A stretch of 28,177 bases of DNA from Lachnospiraceae bacterium (GTDB lineage Bacteria; Bacillota; Clostridia; Lachnospirales; Lachnospiraceae). Under the pieces are notes generated by a model that searched no databases, had not been told where the DNA came from, and was given only the letters and a program-made list of their open reading frames with translations. The translations under genes were made by a program, and so were the position numbers. Below, in pieces: positions 16,582 through 24,007 of the stretch. Each line of letters starts with the position of its first letter. The first letter of the stretch is position 1. The stretch spans positions 1-28,177 of the forward strand of contig JBNMJJ010000002.1 of assembly GCA_050873745.1 (NCBI GenBank), written 5' to 3'.

Positions 16582-18063
16582 GAGACCGTTTCAAGTTTTG
16601 TGTAAACTCAAAAATCTGATATAAGATATGTGAATAGTTACGGAAGGGCAGAGCCGATTTTTTTGGTTCTGCCCTTACCTGCATTATACAGGGATTTTTT
16701 CGCATGTCAACAAAACCTGCATACTTTCAGGCTGCTTTACAGATTCCTGCCTGCAAGACGTTCCTCAAAATAGATTTCCAACTGGGAGTGAATCTGTCCC
16801 CAGTCCTGCCTGTGTCCGGTCCATTTTTTGGTCATGTCCATCATAGCCAGATACAGCATTTTTAAGAGGCTGTCATCTGTTGGAAATACAGTCTTGGATT
16901 TCGTCACTTTCCGGAGCTGCCGGTGAAATCCTTCAATGGCATTGGTTGTATAGATAAGCCTTCTGACGGCTTCCAGATATTTGAAATAAGTGGACAGGGT
17001 TGCCCAGTTATCGTGCCAGGACTTATCTATTTTAGGATATTTATTATTCCATTTGTCTTTAAACCGCTCCAGTTCATTTAAGGCAGTGTCCTCTGTTGGT
17101 GCTGCATATACCCGTTTTAAATCCCCCATCAGGCTTTTGATATCTTTGTAGGAAACAAACTTCGTGGAATTGCGGATTTGGTGGATAATGCACTGCTGTA
17201 TTTCTGTTTTGGGATAGACAGCTTCAATTGCCTGTGGGAATCCGGAAAACCCATCCACACAGGCAATCAGAATGTCTTCCACACCACGGTTTTTTAGTCC
17301 GTTCATGATGGAAAGCCAGAATTTTGCACTTTCATTTTCCCCCACATACATTCCAAGCACATCTTTTCTTCCGTTCATGTCGATACCGAGGGCTATATAG
17401 ACAGCCCTCTTTACAATGCGTCCTTCACTGCGGACATGGTAGTGGATAGCATCCATAAATACCACAGCATAAACTTCTTCCAGAGGACGTTCTTGCCATT
17501 CCTTAACCATTGGGAGAATTTTATCCGTAATCCGGCTTATGGTACTGTCAGAAATATCCATATCATACAGTTCCTTCATGTGGGATTCAATATCTTCGGT
17601 AGTCATGCCTTTGGCATACATGGAAAGAATCTTTTCTTCCATATCCTGTGTCACGGTATTCTGGTACTTTTTGACAAGCTGGGGTTCGTATTCACCATTC
17701 CGGTCACGAGGAATTGCAATATCCATGTCTCCGTAACTGGTATGCATGGTTTTACTGGAATGTCCGTTCCTGCTGTTGTCCGTATCCTTATTCCGGTAAT
17801 CATACTTGGAATAGCCGAGTTCCTCATCCAGTTCTTCATCCAATGCACCTTCCAGAAGTACCGACATCATGTCACGCATAACCGAGTTTACATCGGAACC
17901 GTTTTTGATGCTGATATCCTTATTTTTGAGATAATCACGCATCATTTCTCTCATTGCTGCTTTTTGTGGGCTGTCATTTTTTCTTGCCATAATTAAAACC
18001 TCCAAACTGAGTAATTTTATCTTACATCAGTTTAGAGGTTTACACAAACTTTGGGATAGTCCC
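16582..18063 (-). mobile_element. IS256-family insertion sequence (1482 bp)
   Basis: The imperfect terminal inverted repeats are GAGACCGTTTCAAGTTTTGTGTAAAC (16582-16607) and the reverse complement of 18038-18063, GGGACTATCCCAAAGTTTGTGTAAAC. They end in TTGTGTAAA like the IS256 IRs, as I recall them. They enclose a Mutator/IS256-type transposase gene. Confidence 0.8.
16737..17990 (-). CDS. IS256-family (Mutator-type) transposase
   Basis: It has typical IS256 transposase features: NGHSSKT, PRDRNGE(Y)EPQLV, VFMDAIHY, GMYVGENESAKFW, LIACVDG, YTTNAIEGFHRQLRK. ATG 17990 lies 8 nt after GGAGG and is preferred over the track's TTG at 18005. Confidence 0.92.
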   Translation of the reverse strand: MARKNDSPQKAAMREMMRDYLKNKDISIKNGSDVNSVMRDMMSVLLEGALDEELDEELGYSKYDYRNKDTDNSRNGHSSKTMHTSYGDMDIAIPRDRNGEYEPQLVKKYQNTVTQDMEEKILSMYAKGMTTEDIESHMKELYDMDISDSTISRITDKILPMVKEWQERPLEEVYAVVFMDAIHYHVRSEGRIVKRAVYIALGIDMNGRKDVLGMYVGENESAKFWLSIMNGLKNRGVEDILIACVDGFSGFPQAIEAVYPKTEIQQCIIHQIRNSTKFVSYKDIKSLMGDLKRVYAAPTEDTALNELERFKDKWNNKYPKIDKSWHDNWATLSTYFKYLEAVRRLIYTTNAIEGFHRQLRKVTKSKTVFPTDDSLLKMLYLAMMDMTKKWTGHRQDWGQIHSQLEIYFEERLAGRNL

Positions 18064-18269
18064 GAAAATATCTACGAGCGCATATTAACCCATTTAAAAG
18101 AAAAGATTTTTGGCATGAATGTGTCTCTTCTTTGTTACTCTTAACTATATTTGTTTAAGTTTTATACAAATACACACCTGTTTTTACTTCAATTACATCA
18201 GTTATTCTAGCTTGCTGATTTTCTGTTGCCAAAATGTTGCCACAAACTACTCTTTATAACAAAACACGC

Positions 18270-19154
18270 TTATTCATTCAATTCGTTCATAATACCCTTT
18301 TCAAAATCAGTCAACTTTATTATTTCGACATCATCTTTACCTATAAAGCTTTCTATTAAGTTTAATTGCTCAAATTTATTTCTTACAATAAGAGCATCTT
18401 GTTCGTTAACATAATACCCACTCTGAAAACTACTTATAGCATCTTTAAACTACGAAACCTTTTTTATACCAGTAATTCTTAATGAAACAAACTTAAACAA
18501 ATTATCCAATGTAGTCTTAACCGTCTTTTTATCTATTACTGTGTTGGAAGTAAAAATAAAAACCTTTTCGGTAAAATGTAATATTATTTCCTTTCCATAA
18601 AATGCTTCTTCAAAATCAACATCCTTTTTAATTATTCCAACAGAAGATATTTGCCTCCGTAAGTCCTCATTTTCTGCCTGCAGAAACTCAATTTGTTTCA
18701 GCATTCTTTCTTTCTCTTCATCATTTCCTCTATGCCAACCTGGTCGTTTTATTTCATTCTTCGCTTGCATAATTGCAATTGCTACTTTTCCCATTAAGTC
18801 AGATTGATCTTTCCAAACACTGGCTAATCTATTTCTCATTGCTCTACTCTTAAATTCAGCCAATTTTCCCTTTTTGATATCATCCTTTTCTATTTTATCA
18901 TCATCAACTTCTACAGAATCATCTAACACAAATACTAAAACAGGTATACCTTTATCTATAGCATAATTATATTCCATTTCCGTATAACTAATTCCAGTTG
19001 CTTCATTAACGGAGCCATAACGTTTTCCTAAAATTAAAATATAATAATCACATAAATCAATGACTTTTTTTATTACACTAAATTGTTCGTCATCTGTTGC
19101 TACAAAATTCTCCATGCCGGCCGGAATACAATCTGCCATAAGTAAAATATCCAA
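18270..19154 (-). pseudogene. DUF4062-like (TIR/deoxyribosyltransferase-like fold) protein gene, disrupted
   Basis: CIPAGMENFVATDDEQFSVIKKVIDLCDYYILILGKRYGS matches the DUF4062 core as I remember it. An in-frame TAG at 18450-18452 is followed by 59 more sense codons to TAA at 18270-18272. Upstream the frame stays open to a TAA at about 19221, with no ATG or GTG and only the track's TTG at 19154. Confidence 0.6.
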
Positions 19155-19335
19155 TACACGCCTTCTTTCTACTTTTTTTATTTCTGGTACATATATGTGG
19201 CCTTTATATTTTTATTATACGGTATACTTTTGTGAACTTCAAGTATTTATTTTAAATTTATATACACAAATATGTCCTAATGTGATAGAATTGAACTAAG
19301 CACTACCGAAAATCACCAAAATCGGAGGTATCGGC

Positions 19336-19884
19336 ATGACTACCGGAGAAAAGATTAAACACTTTAGGAATTTGCGTGGCATATCACAGGAAACGCTCGG
19401 TCAGCTTTCCGGCATCAATTCCGCCACAATCAAAAAGTATGAGTATGGCATCCGCAACCCCAAACCCGACCAACTAATGAAGATTGCAAATGCTTTGGGT
19501 ATCAGTATCAATGTTTTCATGGATTTTGATATAGAAACGGTATCAGATGTATTGTCCTTGATATTAAAAATGGACGAACAGTTAGATATGGACTTTGAAG
19601 CAGAAAAAGATGAGGACGGAAGTTTTATTCCCTCTACAATCAAAATATCCTTTAAGAATTCACTGCTCAATCATAAGTTAGGTGTTTACATGAAAGCAAG
19701 AGAATTGCAGGAAAACCTTATAAATGATACGAAACGCTTCTCATCAGAGGAAGAACACCAACGTGCCATTGAAGCACTCTCAAAGGATTTAGACGCTGTT
19801 AAGCAAAGTATTCTTGATGACAGCAAGATTGTCAAAAAGAGCGTTAGAGGTATATCGGTTAAAATATATCCAGAAAATGAATGA
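19336..19884 (+). CDS. XRE-family HTH transcriptional regulator with a ~115-aa C-terminal domain of unknown function
   Basis: GGAGG lies 7 nt before the ATG. The N-terminus KIKHFRNLRGISQETLGQLSGINSATIKKYEYGIRNPKPDQLMKIANALGISINVF is a classic Cro/C1 HTH. Confidence 0.8.
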   Translation: MTTGEKIKHFRNLRGISQETLGQLSGINSATIKKYEYGIRNPKPDQLMKIANALGISINVFMDFDIETVSDVLSLILKMDEQLDMDFEAEKDEDGSFIPSTIKISFKNSLLNHKLGVYMKARELQENLINDTKRFSSEEEHQRAIEALSKDLDAVKQSILDDSKIVKKSVRGISVKIYPENE

Positions 19885-19905
19885 CAAAAATTTCCCAGAA
19901 AAATA

Positions 19906-19936
19906 TTGACTCCCACGCAACGTGATACTGTATTCT
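19906..19936 (+). promoter_or_regulatory. MerR-type promoter with a 19-bp spacer
   Basis: TTGACT (19906-19911), a 19-nt spacer containing the dyad CACG-caa-CGTG, then TATTCT (19931-19936). It lies about 75 nt upstream of the MerR-family gene. Confidence 0.4.
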
Positions 19937-20012
19937 TTTCTCAAAGGAGCAGAATAGATATTAGCCGGCAATCTCTGTCTTGCTTCTTGACCAATTTAAG
20001 GAGCTGATAAAA

Positions 20013-20891
20013 ATGCGAACCATAAGCCAAGTTGCAGAATTAACAGGCATAAGCACCCGCACATTACAATACTATGACGAGATTGGGCTGTTAAAGCCAA
20101 GCGAGTTAACACAATCCGGCTATCGTCTATATAATGATGAAGCCTTGCAAAAGCTACAACAAATCCTGTTTTTTAAGGAATTGGGCTTTAAGCTGAAAGA
20201 AATTAAAGAAATTTTGCAAAAACCGGACTTTGATAGAATTAGGGCTTTCAAAAGGCAAAAAGAGTTGCTTCTGCTGAAGCGCAATCGGACAGACAGACTT
20301 ATACAGCTTCTTTGCCGCTTAGAGAAAGGAGAACAATGTATGAGTTTTAAAGAATTTGACCTGTCTGATTACATCAAAGCATTAGAGGACTTTAAAAACA
20401 ACAGCACTGATGATGTTATCAAACACTGGGGAAACGTTGAGAATTTTGATCTGTTTATCCAAAAAATCAAAGATGATGAAGCCGAAGTAGCCAAACTTGC
20501 TATTAAACAATTTGGAAGTATTGAAAAGTATACGGAAGCCATGAAGTATAATCTGGAACACTTTTCCGAAATTATGGAAACACAATTACCGGAAGAAGCA
20601 AAAGAAATCGGAAAACAATCTGATATGCTGTATGGCAAACTAACCGCCGATTTGTCAGAAGATGTTTCTTCCCATAAAATACAATCCATTGTACACGAAC
20701 TATTGCAGTTTATACAGAAAAACAGCACCAGCGTATCCCTCAATAAGCCCTATGCAAATGTGCTTATCGACACCTATTCAAACGATTATATAAAAAGCAT
20801 AACTGATAGCAAGTATGGAAAAGGGGCTTCTGATTACATTGTAAGAGCTTTCTGTTATTACTCCGAGAATAACGCTCCCGAAAACAATTAG
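20013..20891 (+). CDS. MerR-family transcriptional regulator with a long C-terminal effector domain (TipAS/Mta-like)
   Basis: AAGGAG (19998-20003) precedes ATG 20013, which is preferred over the track's TTG at 19980. MRTISQVAELTGISTRTLQYYDEIGLLKPS...GYRLY is the MerR winged HTH, followed by a coiled coil. Confidence 0.85.
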   Translation: MRTISQVAELTGISTRTLQYYDEIGLLKPSELTQSGYRLYNDEALQKLQQILFFKELGFKLKEIKEILQKPDFDRIRAFKRQKELLLLKRNRTDRLIQLLCRLEKGEQCMSFKEFDLSDYIKALEDFKNNSTDDVIKHWGNVENFDLFIQKIKDDEAEVAKLAIKQFGSIEKYTEAMKYNLEHFSEIMETQLPEEAKEIGKQSDMLYGKLTADLSEDVSSHKIQSIVHELLQFIQKNSTSVSLNKPYANVLIDTYSNDYIKSITDSKYGKGASDYIVRAFCYYSENNAPENN

Positions 20892-20932
20892 AGCCATTTT
20901 AGAGTTATCCGCAAATTTTGTGCTTAAACCTC

Positions 20933-20961
20933 TTGAAACATTTCAAATACAATGGTATTAT
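20933..20961 (+). promoter_or_regulatory. Candidate promoter for a plus-strand small RNA
   Basis: TTGAAA (20933-20938), a 17-nt spacer with TG at 20953-20954, then TATTAT (20956-20961). No ORF with an RBS follows. Confidence 0.4.
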
Positions 20962-20967
20962 AACAAT

Positions 20968-21075
20968 ACAAAAGGAAAGTACCCACTCCAAAGTGGATGC
21001 TCCGAGTTTAGGCTAAGAAATGTCCTTACGGACACCGCCTATCCTGTTGGCAGACAGGATAGGCATTTTTATTTT
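20968..21075 (+). ncRNA. Candidate ~108-nt sRNA convergent with the holin-like toxin gene (possible type I antitoxin)
   Basis: It is bounded by the promoter at 20933-20961 and the terminator at 21037-21075. It would be antisense to the 3' end and 3' UTR of the minus-strand toxin transcript. This is a purely structural inference. Confidence 0.3.
21037..21075 (+). terminator. Rho-independent terminator (11-bp stem, 6-nt loop, T-rich tail)
   Basis: GCCTATCCTGT (21037-21047) pairs with ACAGGATAGGC (21054-21064) and is followed by ATTTTTATTTT. It overlaps the last codons of the minus-strand toxin ORF. Confidence 0.65.
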
Positions 21076-21188
21076 CGCTTGTTGTTTCTCTTATCGAGAA
21101 AGGCAAGCAACGCAACAATTAAGCTACCAAAGAACATCAGCAATGCTAATATTTCAATGAAAATCGATATGATTTCAAAAGCTGTCAT
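21069..21188 (-). CDS. Holin-like small hydrophobic toxin (Hol-Tox-like, 39 aa), absent from the ORF track
   Basis: GGAGGTGG ends 5 nt before the ATG at 21188. The translation is MTAFEIISIFIEILALLMFFGSLIVALLAFLDKRNNKRK: one TM helix plus a basic tail, the pattern of the putative holin-like toxin family of Firmicutes. Confidence 0.65.
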   Translation of the reverse strand: MTAFEIISIFIEILALLMFFGSLIVALLAFLDKRNNKRK

Positions 21189-21279
21189 CAGCGCCACCTC
21201 CCTTCCTATGTATTCCGGCACGCCGGTTTTCATAAACTCGGGAGGCTACCACCCTGTCATGGGTACTTTCCGTAGATGT

Positions 21280-21308
21280 ATTGTAACACGAAGATATATG
21301 AATGGCAA
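21280..21308 (-). promoter_or_regulatory. Sigma-A promoter for the toxin transcript
   Basis: On the minus strand: TTGCCA (reverse complement of 21303-21308), a 17-nt spacer, then TACAAT (reverse complement of 21280-21285). It predicts a ~85-nt 5' UTR. Confidence 0.5.
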
Positions 21309-22027
21309 TTAGTTTTTCGGATTTCATGCAGGTATCATGATACCCCCCTAAACTCAGTATTCACCAAATAATTAGAGCCAACAGGCATAAAGCAATCCCG
21401 GAAACACCCTTTTTATCAGCATTTCCGGGATTTTATCCGTTACTCGAACTCTATTACACATATCATATCTTGTGTCTGACCAGTTTTAAAATCACTAGAT
21501 TTAGTATCTTAAAATTATATAATTTTAACTATCTCAGAGTCCTCAAGGCGCTTTGTAACCCTTTTGTAACCCTGTTGTTATTATAGAATAGTCTGGTGGT
21601 TTTCGCAAGAGGAAAAGTGATTATGTTTCGAACAAATTTTCTATCCAATACTATATAGAATTATCGATGCACAATGCTTTCAATCACCATCCCAAATACA
21701 ATCCGGGCGCACTTTTGCAAGTGCGATCAACTGGTACAATGGTTTTAATGCATTCGCAACTGTAGGTAACCAGTAGTTTAATTTTTCATGCTACTTTCTT
21801 TAATGAGTTCGATAAATACCATTCCCTATCCAATATCAAAATGGTAGTAAACATTCAATAGGTCTTGTAGAAAGTGACCATCTATTGCAGAAAATGGATA
21901 AAAATACAATTTATCTTCTTCCGAAGGCTTGAGCTTCATTGACAGGAATCGTATACTAGAGCGAATTATCTAAAAATAATGTACGATATATTTCTTGTAA
22001 ATATATAAAAACAAAGGAGATTACACC

Positions 22028-22960
22028 ATGACCAATTTACCGATTCACATTAAAAACTATTTAGAATATTGCAACACCCAAAAACGCTTAGATGTAAAAA
22101 CATTAAAAGCATACCGTATTGACCTACGGCAATTTTCTGAACAGATTTCCATAGCTGAAACCACAGAACTTACTTCCACTTTCTTAGAAACATATGTGGC
22201 AAAACTCCATCAACAATATGCCCCAAAAACTGTAAAACGTAAGATTGCATCTTTAAAAGCCTTCTTTCACTATCTTGAATATAAGGAAATCATTAACCAG
22301 AATCCATTTAGCAAATTACAGATGAGATTTCGGGAACCAATTGCATTACCCAAAACAATCCTTCTACATACTATCGAAACATTGCTAAATACAGTTTACG
22401 AACAATACCGCAATGCTCCTAGCAGCTACCAAAAAAAGAACTCCCTGCGAGATATAGCTGTTATAGAGCTGCTTTTTGCAACAGGAATTAGAATCTCTGA
22501 ACTCTGCACAATACAGTATCAAAATATAGACTTGCAAAATAATGTTATTGTAATTAAAGGAAAAGGCGCCAAAGAGCGTCTTATTCATATATGTGATGAA
22601 CATGTTATTACTGCACTGGAAAAATATCGTTCAGAATACGATAGTGAAATTCACTCATGCGGCTATTTCTTTGTAAATAGTATCGGGAATCGCTTATCTG
22701 ATCAGTCTGTAAGAGAAATGATTAATAAATATTGCCAAATTGCAGATATCCAACAGCATATTACTCCGCATATGTTCCGACATTCTTTTGCCACACTGCT
22801 TTTAGAAGAAAATGTTGATATCCGTTATATTCAAACCATGCTAGGACACAGTTCAATAAACGTAACAGAAATATATACACATGTTACTATGTCAAAACAA
22901 AAAGATATTCTTGAATCAAAACATCCCCGCAAAAGCATGAACATATCAAACCAATTATAG
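22028..22960 (+). CDS. Tyrosine recombinase, XerC/XerD-like
   Basis: An AAAGGAGA RBS precedes the start. All catalytic contexts are present: ATGIRISE (Arg), GKGAKER (Lys), HMFRHSFAT (His-x-x-Arg), LGHSS (His), EIYTHV (Tyr). Confidence 0.9.
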   Translation: MTNLPIHIKNYLEYCNTQKRLDVKTLKAYRIDLRQFSEQISIAETTELTSTFLETYVAKLHQQYAPKTVKRKIASLKAFFHYLEYKEIINQNPFSKLQMRFREPIALPKTILLHTIETLLNTVYEQYRNAPSSYQKKNSLRDIAVIELLFATGIRISELCTIQYQNIDLQNNVIVIKGKGAKERLIHICDEHVITALEKYRSEYDSEIHSCGYFFVNSIGNRLSDQSVREMINKYCQIADIQQHITPHMFRHSFATLLLEENVDIRYIQTMLGHSSINVTEIYTHVTMSKQKDILESKHPRKSMNISNQL

Positions 22961-22967
22961 TAGTTCC

Positions 22968-23001
22968 AACAGTCTTGAAGAATACCTACTTCAAGACTGT
23001 T
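22968..23001. terminator. 13-bp-stem hairpin between the convergent recombinase and SbnA-like genes
   Basis: AACAGTCTTGAAG (22968-22980) pairs with CTTCAAGACTGTT (22989-23001) across an 8-nt loop. TTTGTTGG follows on the plus strand. The 3' arm overlaps the last codons of the minus-strand gene. Confidence 0.5.
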
Positions 23002-23956
23002 TTGTTGGTTGGACTACACCATAAAATCCGGTATCTATTTTATTGCACCATTCTTTGCCATATATTGTGTCTAAATACCTTTCCCCTCTATCCGGAAAAA
23101 TCCCAACTATTGTTCTCGTATCAAAATCAGTTGAATAACCTGTATAATTTTGAATGGCATAGGCTACCGCCCCACTTGAGGCACCTACAACAATCCCCTT
23201 TGATAAGAGCTTATTGCACTCTGATATGGCATCCGCTTCCTCAATAATCATATAATCATCATATTTAGCATGTACTAAATTATGCGGAATTAACCCAGTT
23301 CCGATACCTGAAATATGCTTCTTCCGGTTGCTTGGTTCAAAAATTTGTGAACCCACAATATCAACCGCAACAATTTTACAATCGGGAAATTGTTCTTTTA
23401 TTTTTTGAGATGTACCTGCCAAAGTTCCACAGGTACTAACTGCAACAAATAAATAATCTATTTTTCCCATTTCATTACACAGTTTTTCCCCTAAAGAAAA
23501 ATATGCCTTCCAAACATATTCATTTTCATATTGGTTTGTCCAATATACATTTGTATGATTTATAACATATTCTTTTACAGTCTGTATTCTATCCTGCACA
23601 TAGTTTCCATTTTTGTCTGCTTTACGAGCAACAACAATCTTAGCTCCCAATAATTCGATGATTTTCCTATTTGACTCTGTTATGTTGGGATCAACCACGC
23701 ATATAAAAGAGTTCCCTTTTATTTTACACATTCCTGCCAAAGCAATTCCAAAATTGCCCGACGATGATTCTATAATGACTGTATCATTTTTTATTATCCC
23801 ATCGTTGTATGCATTTTCTATTAAGTACCTTGCTGCCCTGTCTTTAACACTGCCAAACAGATTATTACCTTCTATTTTTGCATAATACTCTATTTTATTG
23901 TTTACCTTTAAAAGCGGCGTATTGCCAATCATATCCGTAATATTTTGTATTCTCAT
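22991..23956 (-). CDS. PLP-dependent cysteine-synthase-fold enzyme, SbnA-like (2,3-diaminopropionate pathway type)
   Basis: GGAGG lies 5 nt before the ATG. PLP-Lys context is GSVKDR (K38, 23843-23845), the Asn loop is SSSGNFG and the phosphate loop is VGASSGA. Long stretches parallel S. aureus SbnA as I recall it: IIESSSGNFGIALAGMCKIKG..CVVDP, YWTNQYENE, FPDRGERYLDTIY. Confidence 0.75.
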   Translation of the reverse strand: MRIQNITDMIGNTPLLKVNNKIEYYAKIEGNNLFGSVKDRAARYLIENAYNDGIIKNDTVIIESSSGNFGIALAGMCKIKGNSFICVVDPNITESNRKIIELLGAKIVVARKADKNGNYVQDRIQTVKEYVINHTNVYWTNQYENEYVWKAYFSLGEKLCNEMGKIDYLFVAVSTCGTLAGTSQKIKEQFPDCKIVAVDIVGSQIFEPSNRKKHISGIGTGLIPHNLVHAKYDDYMIIEEADAISECNKLLSKGIVVGASSGAVAYAIQNYTGYSTDFDTRTIVGIFPDRGERYLDTIYGKEWCNKIDTGFYGVVQPTKQS

Positions 23957-24007
23957 AAAATCCTCCGAGGATAATAAGAAATTATCCGTTGGAAACAGGT
24001 GAAAATT

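Noticed and set aside
17436-17996. 186-aa plus-strand ORF and smaller ORFs inside the IS.
   Set aside because: They are antisense to the unmistakable IS256 transposase and lack both an RBS and any family resemblance.
16574-18071. Searched for an 8-9-bp target-site duplication flanking the IS256-family element, including alternative ends at the outer TTTTCG words.
   Set aside because: No direct repeat is found at any plausible boundary. The TTTTCG match is an inverted extension that coincides with the terminator T-tract. This is reported as a finding (no TSD) rather than as a feature.
20920-21312. 130-aa plus-strand track ORF spanning the toxin locus.
   Set aside because: It has no RBS and runs straight through a strong plus-strand terminator (21037-21075). 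It lies antisense to a small ORF with an ideal RBS and promoter, and its translation has no recognisable features.
23999-24007. GTG at 23999 as the start of the STAND gene.
   Set aside because: That GTG is itself part of the AGGTG Shine-Dalgarno, which is correctly spaced (6 nt) for ATG 24008. The difference is only 3 codons.
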